From Chiloscyllium plagiosum (lineage: Eukaryota): 64,000 nucleotides of DNA. The DNA lies in assembly GCF_004010195.1 (NCBI RefSeq), contig NC_057718.1, positions 46,031,897 to 46,095,896 of the forward strand, in the 5' to 3' direction. The notes under the pieces are model-generated. The model did not search any database, had not been told where the DNA came from, and saw only the letters and a list, made by a program, of their open reading frames with translations. Positions within the stretch are counted from its first letter, which is position 1. Each line of letters opens with the position of its first letter. Shown here in pieces: positions 11,303 to 23,319 of this stretch. The translations under genes and the position numbers were made by a program.

Positions 11303-11880
11303 TGTCACAAAGCTGGTTTCTTTTTTCTAAAAGCTGTTCCTTTTCTCAGGGTTACTAAGTCCTTGGTTTCTTTCAGAGGACTCTCTGTTCCAATTAGTCT
11401 GGTTTTGTACAGAGATTAAAGGGTATTGGGAGGCCTTTATGTTTATATGTAAACAGATGAGACTTCAGGCCAAAGTGATCATGTTTTAGAAGTGACCTGT
11501 ATAATGAAAGGGGAGTGGTCAGCTCTCTTGCTGAGCAGTTTAGTTCAGTTCAGAACTGGTTGGGAGTTCAACAGTGAGCTGTGTGGAAACAAGCTCTCTC
11601 TCTGCCCTTCTACTTCAAACTGTAAATATGTGCCCATTTGTACTGTGTTTTAAAGAGGTTTGCTTATTGGGACTGTTCTGTATATTTGGAACAGCATAAT
11701 TAAGATTAGTTTGGATAGATTCAATTCTGGGGTTCTTTACTCTGTTCTTTGTGTTTCATTGTGTAATTTTGTGAATAAAGTTTTGTCTGTTTTAGAATCT
11801 AGTAGTCAACCTAGCTAATTTACTCTGGGTAATTTTCACTGTACACTTTCTGAAAAAAATTGCAAAGTTATGGTTTGGCT
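11303..11880 (+). repeat. 3' LTR, lacking its last ~12 nt
   Basis: Colinear with the 5' LTR up to GTTATGGTTTGGC, but the terminal ...CCATAACA is missing. Confidence 0.9.
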
Positions 11881-12012
11881 GCAACAACAAGCTCCATTTA
11901 AACAGTCCGACATTTCTGTCTTTAAATCTTTCCACAAATGTCAATGGGTTCTGATCAGTGTATACGATTGTCTCTGATGCATTGCTGGTAATATAAACAC
12001 TGAAATGTAATG
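11876..12012 (-). repeat. Inverted copy of the RNase H segment 10931-11070
   Basis: Minus-strand HFSVYITSNASETIVYTDQNPLTFVERFKDRNVGLFKWSLLLQP versus plus-strand HFSVYITSNASETIVYTDQKPLTFVERFKDKNVRLFK*SLLLQP. Confidence 0.95.
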
Positions 12013-12167
12013 GTAAGAATAGAGCCTGGCATAAAACTACGATTATCATGTATAGCAATATTCAGTATTATTACATGGTCAAATTCTAAGCCTGAAGACA
12101 GTATGATGTGGCCTTCTCCTAACCAGTCTACTGTGAGCCAAATCCATAGGGTGTTATCACTAATATG

Positions 12168-12660
12168 ATAGAAAACATAGTACGTGGGGCATAGAAACAA
12201 GTCATTCAGCCTAAATAATGCCAGTGTTTGTACTGCACTCAAAACTGTTCTTAAAGTTTTATCTAAATCTACCAACATAACCATCTACTCCCTTCTACCT
12301 CCCACATACCTGTCAAACCTCACCTTTAATACATCAATACTGCGGCTTCAAGTCCCTATGTTCGTGAGTGCCACATTGTCACCACTCTCGATATGGAAGT
12401 TTCTTAAGAATTCCCTCTTGCATTTTTTGGTGACTAATATGATGGCCTGTACTTATGCTCTTCTCCAGAAGAGGAAACATAATTATCTCTCTTTATTCAT
12501 TCCATCAAATCCTTACATAATTTTAAAGCCCTGTACTAGGTCACGCCTCAACATACTTTTTCAAGAGAGAAGTCAGACAGGCTGTCAATGTTTTCCTGAT
12601 GCATATACCCACACACTTCTGATATCATCCTTGTAAATCTTCTCTGCACCCTCTCCAGTG
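12168..12660 (-). mobile_element. Old CR1-type LINE 3' fragment
   Basis: CATAGAA-type tail at the left end. The minus strand reads LERVQRRF..MI at the right end. Confidence 0.65.
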
Positions 12661-13444
12661 TCACCTAAATGACATTTTTTCTTTCTGTGAGGAGAGATAT
12701 TTCACATTTGCAAAAGGCTCACCTATTTTTATACACTCTCTAGATCATCTACGATAAGGCAGTCTTTCAGTTCTGTCAGTGTTAACATCAACTGATCCCT
12801 ATTTTGCATAAAGCTTCTGTTTAAGGAGAGTTGTTATTACTAGGTTGCCAACACTCACAATTTTGTTCACAATATATCAATTCTGCACTATTGTTTTCAT
12901 GCAAAAGATTCACTGGAATAGAAGAACGAAACAGAAAGATATAATTTTCTCTCCTCTCTATCCCTGTGAATTGTTCACATTAAACAATAACACTAAATAA
13001 ATAAATTGTTAATGAAATCACAATGGTTGGCAACACTCCATTATTAGATGTTCAGTAACAATATCCAAGGAAAATTTGATCTGCTTTCTCTTTTCGCATA
13101 GGATTAAGCCTGATTAAAGCTGCTCCGTCCCACAATTATTTGGCTGAAAATGCTTATTTTATTTTAAAATAATCCACGCTGACCTCATTTGTTCTGTTCA
13201 AATTGTCCCATTTCTGAGAAAATGATGTATAAATAATGTGGGATGCATTTTAGCATTTCTAACAGATTTGCAGAGGGTTCCAGTTCTTTTCTCATTAACA
13301 TTAGATGCAGCGGTGCATGTTGTAACTTCTAAAGACAAATGTGATTGGGATATTTGTTGGGTGAGATGTCCATGTCAGTAAAATGAGCTCTGCAGCAGAC
13401 TAACTGGCTCATCTCAGCAAGGTCAACTGTTTAAGAGTTACAGT

Positions 13445-13638
13445 CAAGATTAGAGTGGTACTGGAAGAGCACAGCAGATCAGGCAGCATCTGAGGAGCAG
13501 GAAAATTGATGTTTAGGGCAAAAGCCTTTAATCAGGAATCAATTTTCTGCTCCGCAGATGCTGCCTGACCTGTTGTGCTCTTCCAGCACCATTCTAATCT
13601 TAATTCTAATCTCCAGCATCTGCAATACCCACTTCAGC
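13445..13638. mobile_element. Penelope-like short element with inverted pseudo-LTR (hairpin) and 18-bp TSD
   Basis: Arms at 13446-13510 and 13538-13601 enclose a degenerate hammerhead core in the loop. TSD CTGTTTAAGAG(T/C)TACAGT at 13427-13444 and 13639-13656. Confidence 0.85.
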
Positions 13639-14499
13639 CTGTTTAAGAGCTACAGTTGGCCTCAGCATCCTTGGGTTCTGGAGGAGAGTCAGCTCTTCTG
13701 CTCATGGTCATTACCAGCTTCTCTGGATGAACTTGCAAATGCGTGAGGACAGTATTAGGTTCAGTCTGTAAGTGATTAGTAACTTGTGACACTCACCAGC
13801 ACAATTCACCAATGACCTATGCCATTATTTCTGGGCTGTACAGTGCTCTGAGGGTTTGGTTCCTGCCCCACAAAAGTAGATATCAGTGGGGAGCCTGGTA
13901 AGCTTGCCTGAAGTTACTTAAGGTGAGGGGACCATGAAATGGTGCAAGAGAGGCCTTCCACACACCGCATCGTCCCCCCCACCCCAGCAACTTCCAAGAG
14001 GAATCCTTCCTCTTAACTATTGGTTATTCAGAGGCTTGGAAGCTCTTATCCCAGAAGTGCCATCAGGAGCAGAGACCACTGCTGGGATTGCAGGCTGTCC
14101 TGAAGTGGGGATACTGATGGAACCCAGACTTAAAGGTGAGAAGAGGGTCTCAACAAGGCTAAAACCGGGCCCCAGTGAATGGGGTGGGGGACTGTGATCA
14201 TCAGAGTTAGGGTGAAAGGCGTAACCTGGGATGGGGGGGGGGTGATAATTGCTTTGGAGGGCTCCTCTGCTAGACAGGAACTACCTGAAAAGGAAGCATC
14301 CACTTGGTGGACTGGATATTTGCTGCAGGATTCCTGAGTCCAGAGCAAAGTCCTAGTGCTTGTTGGAAGAGGTCCTTACATGGCCATTAATTGACCACAT
14401 AACATCCTCAATTTGCCCACGAGTGAGTGAGCTACCCATTATTGTGCTTGCGGCTGCTAAAATTGAAGTGGACATGGACGGGGGGCAACTTTCAGAAAA

Positions 14500-14840
14500 T
14501 CATAAAATTTCTACAGGGCAAATAGAGGCCATTTGGCCCATCACATCCGCACTGATCCTTCGAAGAGTATTGCATCCCACCAACCCTCCCCAACCCTATC
14601 CACATATTCCTGCATTTCCCATGGCTAACTCACCTAACCTGCACAACCCTGAACTCTATGGGGCAGTTTACCATGACCAATCCTTCTAACCTGCACATCA
14701 TTGGACTGTGGGAGGAAATTAAAGCACCTGGAGGAAAGCCACGCAGATACAGGGAGAATGCGCAAATTCCATACAGACAGTCACCCAAGGCTGGAATAAC
14801 CCAGGTCCCTGGCACTATGAGGCAGCAGTGCTAACCACTG
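14500..14840 (-). mobile_element. HE1-type V-SINE, diverged
   Basis: Colinear with 52532-52852 (GGCAGCAGTGCTAACCACTG head; TTGGACTGTGGGAGGAAA core). Confidence 0.85.
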
Positions 14841-16544
14841 GTAACCAGAGTAGATGGCATATGCCTAAAGTTATCTGCCCCTTTCAACTGCTGTTTTATC
14901 ACCAGGCTGCACGTAACATCCTGGTCTCTAATGCACTGGCGAGTCAATGTCAACTGTGGAATCACATCCCAGGGAAGAATTAACTCATTTAGGAAAGGAG
15001 AAGCAAGGGAATTATGCAGACATAAGGAAAAGTCTGTGTTCTACTGTCATGTGAAGCTAGGACCCTGTGCTATTCTGTGGGCTTAAAAGCAAGAAAATGT
15101 TAACTTATAATGAAAATGTGTTGCTTCCTTGAAAGTACTTGAGATTTCATTGCTATTGTGTCACAGGACAAAGTTGTTGTATTCAATTGCTTAACAGTTC
15201 AGGAATAACTGGCATGCACTGTAGTTTTGTAATGGCCTTGCAGCTTTCAAGATTAATATTACCAAAGTCCCTCAGATACGTAATGTTTTGTGTGCAATTT
15301 TTGCCTGAGATTATTTTGAATACTGATATCTAGATGTGTTTATTTTTGTGCAAATGCATTATTTACAAGCCCTATTTTACCTGCAATTGGGCTTTTAATT
15401 CTTTTCTCCCCTCTCCAATTTCTCACATTATTTTTGAAGTAGTGCCATTCAGATTGAATATAGTTGTATTGCCGCTGGAGAACTATTGATTTCAATGGAA
15501 AGGAGAGCACTATCAGCTATTTTACAATAGAGCACAATGTCACCATTACACCAATTAGCTACAATGTGATGTTGCTACCAGCTGTGGGAAATGAGGTGTT
15601 CTAGTTTACATATTATTGCAGGACAATAAACATTCGCTTCCCAACAGCAGCATGAAATGGAGGTATTCGGATTGGTTAGATTGAAGACAGATTGTGATTC
15701 CTGATGGCAAGTTGTGGAAACCTATTTGTAATGTTCTGCACCACACTATTTCACCAGAGTAACTGGTACCATTGGAATTAACTCTACAAAATTTGCCTAC
15801 GGATTCACAACTGGATAACGTTAGAATACATCAGATGAGGCAGAATACCCGGCAGATGTGGACTGAGGAGGGACTGCTCTCCTTCGTATGGAGTTTTGTG
15901 GAGCAATGGGAGAGGAGGAATTGATGCGTTGAGATTGGATGGAGGGAGAGGATGGTGGAGACAGGGGTCAAAGCTGTTGAATGAAAGGTCAAAGGTGACT
16001 TAGGGAGGGTATAGTGACACGATGGCTTCAGGCTCCAGGGTTAACATCAGATGGTCCTGGAACATACAGCAAGAAGACAGGGGTCTGGGGGAGTGATGAG
16101 GGGGAGGTGGTCTCTGGAATACAAGTCAAGGAGGGCTCCTGATTGGTTACACATTCTCAGGTCAGGAAGGAAGGTGTTCTGCTGTCATTAGTGGGAAACA
16201 CGATCTCCTGTCATTCCCAGGTTGACTGGATGGGAACTTGCAGGGAGACAATGTTTAGACACAGGGCCACACTCCCTCTGATCTGAGACATCACTCCAGA
16301 ATAGTGCGTGGTAGAAACTAGGAAGAAAGATGAGCAGTTGGTAGCTTCAGTTGAGGTTATCTGGGATGGGACAAAAAACTAAACGCTGCTGCAGTTTTCA
16401 GGCACTGTTCACACAAGCTGTCTGGTATCGTTGGATTGCAGTATCCTCACCCAGTGAGGTATAGGTCAGGTCACTGACTTTCTCTTGTGGTGGATTGACA
16501 GGGCACTTCGTTCCTGAGCAACTAACACTGCATTATCAGTTAAG

Positions 16545-17135
16545 AACCCATGATGTTGAGGTAGTATATTAGCATGGATAGAGAATTATCTGACTAAAAG
16601 AAGAACAGAGAGTTACAATAAGATGGGCATTTTTAGGAATGATAACCTGTAACTAGTGGGGTGCCACAGGATCAGTGACTAAGTGAAGTGAATGCACTTT
16701 TGCCAAGTTTGTGGATGATATTAAAAAAAACTGTGAATGTAAATGGTGAGGTTGAGGAAAAAAGCCTACAGAAAGATATAAACAAGTTAAGCGAATGGGC
16801 AATCACTTAGCAAATGGAAGATAATGTAGGAAAATATGAAGTTATGCACTTTGACAGCAAGAATGGAGGAGCTGAATATCATTTAAATGGAGAAAGATTA
16901 TTAAAATGCTGAAGCAGAGAAGGATTTGAAGGTCCTTGTATATGAATCATGAAAAGCTTGCATCCAAGTCCAGTGGGTCATAAGGAAGGCAAGTGGAATG
17001 TTGGCCTTTAGTTCAAGGGGAACTGAGTATAAAAATAGGGGTGCATTGCTGCAACAATATAACCACTGTTTAGACTACAACTGGAATACTATGAACAGCT
17101 TTGATTATACTAGCATTGGAGGCAGTCCAAAGAAG
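16545..17135 (+). mobile_element. Old CR1-type RT fragment
   Basis: VTSGVPQ, KFVDD and LAF.SRG.EYK remnants. Confidence 0.7.
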
Positions 17136-17390
17136 CTCACTTTCCTCATTTTCCAATTGGGACCTGGCAGCCCTCAGGCGTAAGGATCATCTCCCATGTC
17201 TTTACCCCAACACCCACATACCAGACCTCGTCAGCACATGGGCTGCTACCACAAACAACCCATTGTTAGCCACTGACAGTCCCCATTAGCAACTACTAAT
17301 TCTCACATGCAGACCTATTCTCACTCCTTTGTTGTTCTCTTTCTCTGAGCTCCATCTTCACTTATCATTACTCCCCTCCCCAACAAATTT
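17136..17390 (+). mobile_element. Penelope-like 3' fragment
   Basis: FLIFQLG..QPSG-like end of a GIY-YIG domain, followed by a C-rich 3' region. Confidence 0.45.
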
Positions 17391-17494
17391 TGTACTCCAT
17401 GTGAGGCATGTGCTGTCAAGAGTCACCAAGAAAAGTAAATATGGAGGTCGTCTGTTTTGTTCTGCCATAGGTCTATATGTCAGCTGGAATCCAT

Positions 17495-17790
17495 TTGAGG
17501 TAAAAGGACATTGATTTGAGACCTATTCCAAGATTTGAGCAGAAAGTTCAAAGTTCACAGTTCAGTGCTACACTACCAATGGTGTGTCATTTGTCTGAAA
17601 CATTAAACTGAGGCTTTGTTTGTCCTTATGTGGGGACATAAGAGATTCTGTAACCCGATTTTGAAGGGGACCAGGGGAGTTATTCGCAGTGCCCTGGGGA
17701 ATATTTATCCTTTATCATCACAGAAAGAGATTATTTGTGGTTGACTTGTTTGTGAGAGGTCTGGTGTGCACAAGTTCACTGCTGTGGTAT
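17495..17790 (+). mobile_element. Deu-domain SINE, old
   Basis: CATTAAACTGAGGC...GAAGGGGACCAGGGGAGTTATTCGCAGTGCCCTGGGGAATATTTATCC. Confidence 0.6.
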
Positions 17791-18415
17791 GAATCAATGA
17801 TTTTGTTGTCACACGTACTTGGGAAAATACAGTGAAACATGTTTTGTTGTCACAATCTAGCACCATTTTGGATTACAAAATTAATAAGAAGAAATTACTT
17901 AAATGGAGCTTTACCTTCTGTTCAATTGACAAAAGAAAAGCAGAAAATTAAGAAATAATGTTCAACTTTACAAACCCTCTTGTCAAGCACAGCTCAGGGT
18001 TTTCTTGAGGGCTCCAAGATTTCTGTAAGATGTTCTGGTCTCTGGCCGGCAAAGAGTCCCCATTCTAGGTCCAGACAATGCCCCAGGAGTCCCCGGCTCC
18101 AGTGCTGCCTCCTTGCCAATATCACGAGGTGTTCCAATCCGAGCCCATCACGCAGCCAAGCTGCAGCCACTGCCTTGCTGACATTGCTAGGAATCCCTGC
18201 TCCGGGCCTACGCAACTATGAACTGTCACCTCACCATCTTCATCATGAGTCCCACTCCAGCCTTCTCCATGGGGACATCTCCTCCACTGACAACAAGAAG
18301 ACAATGAAGAGAAAGAAAATGGAAAGGAAAGAGAAAGAAGGATACAGTCAACCTGGAGCGGATGGACTCGGGAGCCCAAAAGCTACCTACCTTGCCAGTG
18401 CCACCATCTTGGGAA
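17790..18415 (-). mobile_element. Probable non-autonomous retroposon with a TTTCACTGTA..GTGACAA-type tail
   Basis: The tail motif is shared with 60881-60935(+). The GC-richer body gives only spurious ORFs. Confidence 0.4.
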
Positions 18416-19054
18416 CCTATCCTGACTTCATGAAAAACACCATATAAATGCAACATTTCCTTAATTGAGGTATCATACATAAGAGATTCTTGAATGTAGC
18501 TGAGGTTTTTTCCTATTGTATTCCTCACAGTTTTTATTTACATAATACTTTCACCAGAATAAATTATAACCAAGGCAAAAGATCTTAATAGTCATTTACA
18601 ATGCTGGGCAGCAAACTGGGCTATACTGCCTCAGCCGTCAAACTGCAGCGGCTTATACTTGGGACATCAAAGGTTCAAACATCAAGAAATTACTTGTTCA
18701 CAAGCATCTCAGTGATAGCCAAATGTTCAGCAACCTTCATTCAGCTCTACTAAGCTCAATGGGAGAGCGTCTTGTGAGAGCATTAGAATTTAATGTGCTT
18801 TACTTTAAAAATTGTTTGAAGCTTAATGATTAACAAAAGTATTCACTTCAATGTTATGTTTGGAATTAAAATCATTGTCTTTATTTCATTTACAACTTTA
18901 GCCCATGGTTTCTTCTGAATCCAGCAACTTTATCTTCATTGTCAGAGTATCATTGATAAAGAATTTAATCTGATGGTTTCAATATTCTTTAATGAAAATT
19001 TAAGGGAGTGATGAATTAGTAACAAGGTGGTGCTGAATGCTGTTTTTTGCTGAC

Positions 19055-19545
19055 CTTTCAGATGCTACACCCTGGAATTTCTAGCTATAGTCTCCTCCTT
19101 GTCATTCTGTGTTGCCCTCATCCAATATGCCTTCATCTGCTGATGCCTATTGTTGCTGTGCTTTCTCCAGTCTGCTTAGTATTGGTAAACTGTGCACAAT
19201 CCAGCAATCTTCATATTGAAGAAAGTACTCAACTTTTCAAATTGCCAATGATATGCACGCTATGATTCTGGTGGTCCCTGCATTGTCTTTGTAACCATGT
19301 TCCTCAGTCATCGTGTAGAGTCATTATCAATCTATGGAGTCCATGTCCTTTGTCCTGGTAATAGCCATCCTCTGGATACTCCTGGCTGTGTGAAAGTACA
19401 GGCGGATATCACATAATAAAAACACTGTCATATCTGCCAGAAAAACTGGTACACACTGCATTACTCTCCTGTCATGATCATGCACAAGTTAGACATTAAG
19501 GGAGTGGAATCCCTTCCAGTTTACATAAGTTGCTGGCTTATCCCC
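19055..19545 (-). pseudogene. PIF/Harbinger (HARBI1-like) transposase relic
   Basis: Minus strand YVNWKGFHSLNV*LVHDH..., GWLLPG/DKG-like motif, ..GNLK..LQY and an acidic tail. Confidence 0.75.
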
Positions 19546-22334
19546 AACAATGTGATAGCTACGAGTGCCATATCCAAAATAGGTGCCCATAAATTTCACC
19601 ACATTGAATTTCATCTGTTTTGGTTTTGTCTGCTCTCTTAGCTTATGTGTGTCCCTATGTGGCTTTCTGTTCTCATCACAGAATAGATTGAATCTCTTAG
19701 TTTAGTATAATCTGTCAGCATGGAAGTAAATGCTCTATTCTTTCAACTAATATAAACCAGTCACTAATAAAAATGTATAAAATCCGTCGATGCAGCCAAT
19801 TAAAATTCGATCAGAGTCCAAATCACATCTCTGGCTCCTTTTTGAGATTATACCTGAAGCCCTGTGTCTTTCCAGCATATGTAAACAGTATGTTTTTGAG
19901 TTCAAATGTAGAGATTGAATGCTCATATCAGACATACCACAAATCATAAACAATGTCCAGTAAGTTTCTAATAGTGAAGTACATTATTTATTTATTTCCT
20001 GACTTCTATCATACATCTCATCTCCACCCACTTGCGTAGTATATTTGGAGTAAAGCTGGACCTACTGATTATTTCCCAAACTCACAAGAAAAATAGACTG
20101 TGAGTATATTTTCATCCTGTTATGCTGACATCAGTGTAAACAGCTTATCTTCTACCCAGATTCAAAGTACCACACCCTTTCTTCAAGCCACTGTGGTGCA
20201 ACCTATAACACTTTACTTACAATCAGTTTATATGCATGGAAGAGCATCACAAAGCAAACATTTGGGCAGCAAAAAATTAAATTTGACCAATTTTATTTAA
20301 TTCCTTCTGGCTGTCATGCTTTTATTTTTAAAAAGCCTATCTTCCAAACGAGCCCTAATGCGATAGGAACTTGTTCAGTGAAAAATACTGCATTTCATTA
20401 ATTAGTTATTATGATGTTTTTCTTCTGTAAATTTGTGGTGACTATTCCTCTGTTCTTTCAACCTTGAAGGATGAAACAGTTGCCTTGCTATGATAATCTT
20501 TACAACTGCCTCCATTATCTCTGAACAGAGCACAACAAAAGGCATTTAAAAGCTGCTTTTTAAGCAATACCATTTGAGTTCAATCAGATACACATTGTAT
20601 GCACACATCAGATATACCATCCAGAAAACAGAGGAATATTGACTTCAAAATCACTGCTGAAGCAAACAGAGCCTGCAGGAATGTCAAATCTCCAACCTGC
20701 ATTTTGATGTTTTGCCCCAGGTTAGTCTTTACTGACATGCTTCGAGCATTTTGTTTGTGCTTGAGCATCCATTAACTGTCCTTGACTCAATGTTATACAA
20801 GCCTTTATGGTTGGGTCGATGCAAACGCCTGCTGCACATTGTGTGCCATGAGGTGTAAGGAAAGCATAAGCCTCACTTTAGTGGATCACATTGGCTATTC
20901 CATACTTCATTATGAAGTATTCTTTTATCCCAAATTAATGAAAGCTTGTTAATTATTATTCTGGTAACTGTGCTGGGGCAGCAGTGTGCCAAGTAAGAGC
21001 TGTTTCAAAGAAATATTAACTTAAAAGGGGAAATATAATAAAACCAAGGTTGAAATGTTTTTGAATGAGACTTATTTATACAGAAGCCATTTTGTCACTA
21101 ATTAGGATGCTTTTGTAGGCATAAAAACAGATGTAAACATCACAGCTCCTGAGTAATAAAATAGTCCTTTTACAAAAGTACACAGCTAAGTCATACAATT
21201 AAACACAAGAAAATTTTCAAAATTCAAGGTGAATGGAAATAAGCTATTCTGAGAAAAATAAGCATGCCACCAACTTTGTAGAACTCTTTCCCAAAACCCT
21301 GTACTTATGCACATTTGATCTATATGAAATAACTCAGAGTTTAACTGTATTCTACATGCAATCAAAGATGTTTTAATTTCTGCAACATTCTCTGCGGGGA
21401 GTGTATGAAAAATAGATGCAATTCAGTTAAGTTCTCAGCATTCATCAAAGATCTTTTAGATCAAATAAAAGAGACAGCACGTCAGCAGAATTTCAACAGC
21501 CAGTGATATAGGCCACTTTTCTTGGGAATGAGAACTGGAACAAGTTATACTTTAAACAGCAGAATACTCTGCCAGGTTGTTATGACTTTGTGTAATAGTG
21601 TAAACATGTGATAACAAATTGATACCTAGTTTTGCATTTCCTCTAATTTTTATTTAATTGAAATCAGTGGCAATACAAATCAGAAGAAATATAAGACAGA
21701 CTGCAAAATTCTGCTCAATAACCAAAGTAGCTTTGATGCTGTAGGGGTATGAACATTTCACCTGCACTGTGGGCAATTCTGGTGCAGTTTGCACTGGCTC
21801 ATGTTTGGAACCTGATACCAACTTGGTACAAAACCTTACAAAAAACTTGGACCCATCCTTCACAGCATGGATATGGTGAGCAATTCCATTCACACAGTTA
21901 TGGGCAGGTTGCTACATCTGATGTTTAAGATTACACTGATCATTGCAACACATCTGAGTGCTGCCATGCAAGTTCAAATGCTACTGTCATGTTTGTGGGT
22001 AACAATGTGCAAAAGGGCTTGTAGAATCACAGCAGTCCAACAAACTCTCTTCTGACAAATTAGTAGCCATGCTGGGGTGCTGTCCCAGGGAAGTGCAGTG
22101 GTTCCATGTTCCCCTCTCTCAAACATTCACTTTGCCACCACTGAGTTACACCTCATTAACATGGTGCTTTGGAAATCAAGCCCCGCAAACTTCCCCAATT
22201 TACTTGTGTTTGAAACTAACACTTCCATTAATTCTTCGTATCAGTGCATGGAGCCCCTTGTTCTGTGCGTAGCATCGATTTCCAGAACTAGAAGTCAATA
22301 TGTTGGCATGTCAATCAGAGAGTAGAGGGAACTT

Positions 22335-22843
22335 TGTTATAGACCCAGACCAGGTTCATGTGCTTAATAAGGATGACTATTATTTTATAAGTAATTAGAC
22401 TCTGATTGCAGGTAAATAGTTATAAAACATCAGCAAATAACACTAAAAAATGAAAGGTCTAATCACCTAATAAATTGCCCCTTGCACACATAGACAGACA
22501 GAGAGACAGGTAAAAATAGGTTATGGATGGAGGGAAACTGCACTTTGTTCACAAGATATGTCGTTTGGTTTTTGTTGATCAGACAGTTTCTTCTCTGTCT
22601 TTTTTTTCTGAATGCTTCCTTTGGTTTGCAAGGGGCATAAGGTGGTTGGTTCACTTATAAAAGTCTCTGAGTTATCAATTAAAAGTCAGAGCTTACCACA
22701 ACTGCTGTGAAGGTAAACTAATTTCCTTAGGTTTAAGGTGGGTTTTGACAACAGAGAGTCAAGATTAGAGTGGTGCTGGAAAGGCATCCGAGAAGCAGGA
22801 AAATCAACGTTTCGGGCAAAAGCCCTTCCTCTGTTTGATAACA
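22335..22843. repeat. Possible solo LTR
   Basis: TGTTAT...ATAACA termini, but no clear TSD. Confidence 0.3.
22758..22833. mobile_element. Very short Penelope-like insertion with 14-bp TSD
   Basis: Matches the arm of the 13445 element and keeps GTTTCGGGCAAAAGCCCTTC. TSD TTTGA(C/T)AACAGAGA at 22744-22757 and 22834-22847. Confidence 0.75.
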
Positions 22844-23319
22844 GAGAACTTAGAGACCGCTCCTGAGCTGGTGAAGGTTTGATCACTTCTCACTCTATCT
22901 TGTTCCCAGCCCCACGCTGCTTGCTAACCTGGGAACCAATCACATGATTGTTGCCAGGCAAAAGGCCTTTGATCTATGAACTAATGACTAGTTATTAATG
23001 ACAAACAACGTCTTGTTGCCAACCAGAACAACATCAGCTCCAATTCATATGTTACTTACTTCAGTTGCTGCTTATTCTAGCAACTGTTTAAGCAATGCTT
23101 GCCGTAAATGCCTTTCAAAACATGCAATAATCCTTGGAAAATACTGGTTTTAAAACAGTTCTCTCTCATGTCAGTCATAATTTTAAAAAACACAAAAATA
23201 AAAGAAATACAATCTTTACAACTGTCATTCTGTCAGTGACCCTGGTGTTGCCTAGCAGCCAGCTAGCCCATGCCATGATGGTACAGTCCAAAGGCATACT
23301 TTCCATATACTGGGAATGT

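Larger units (their letters stand above)
5980..11880 (+). mobile_element. Gmr1-like (Gypsy superfamily) LTR retrotransposon, decayed
   Basis: Two direct LTRs, a PBS, a PPT and internal domains in the order gag-PR-IN-RT-RNase H, with many stops and frameshifts. Confidence 0.93.

Noticed and set aside
12184..12636. 150-aa plus-strand ORF
   Set aside because: Antisense frame of a decayed CR1 3' end.
13830..14500. GC-richer block that may be a non-autonomous DNA-transposon relic
   Set aside because: I could not define TIRs, a TSD or coding motifs.
15780..16530. Purine-rich, GC-elevated block
   Set aside because: Probably an old repeat. No interpretable motif in any frame I examined.
17980..18447. 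155-aa ORF with overlapping antisense ORFs
   Set aside because: Lies within a probable retroposon, has low-complexity composition and no recognisable domain.
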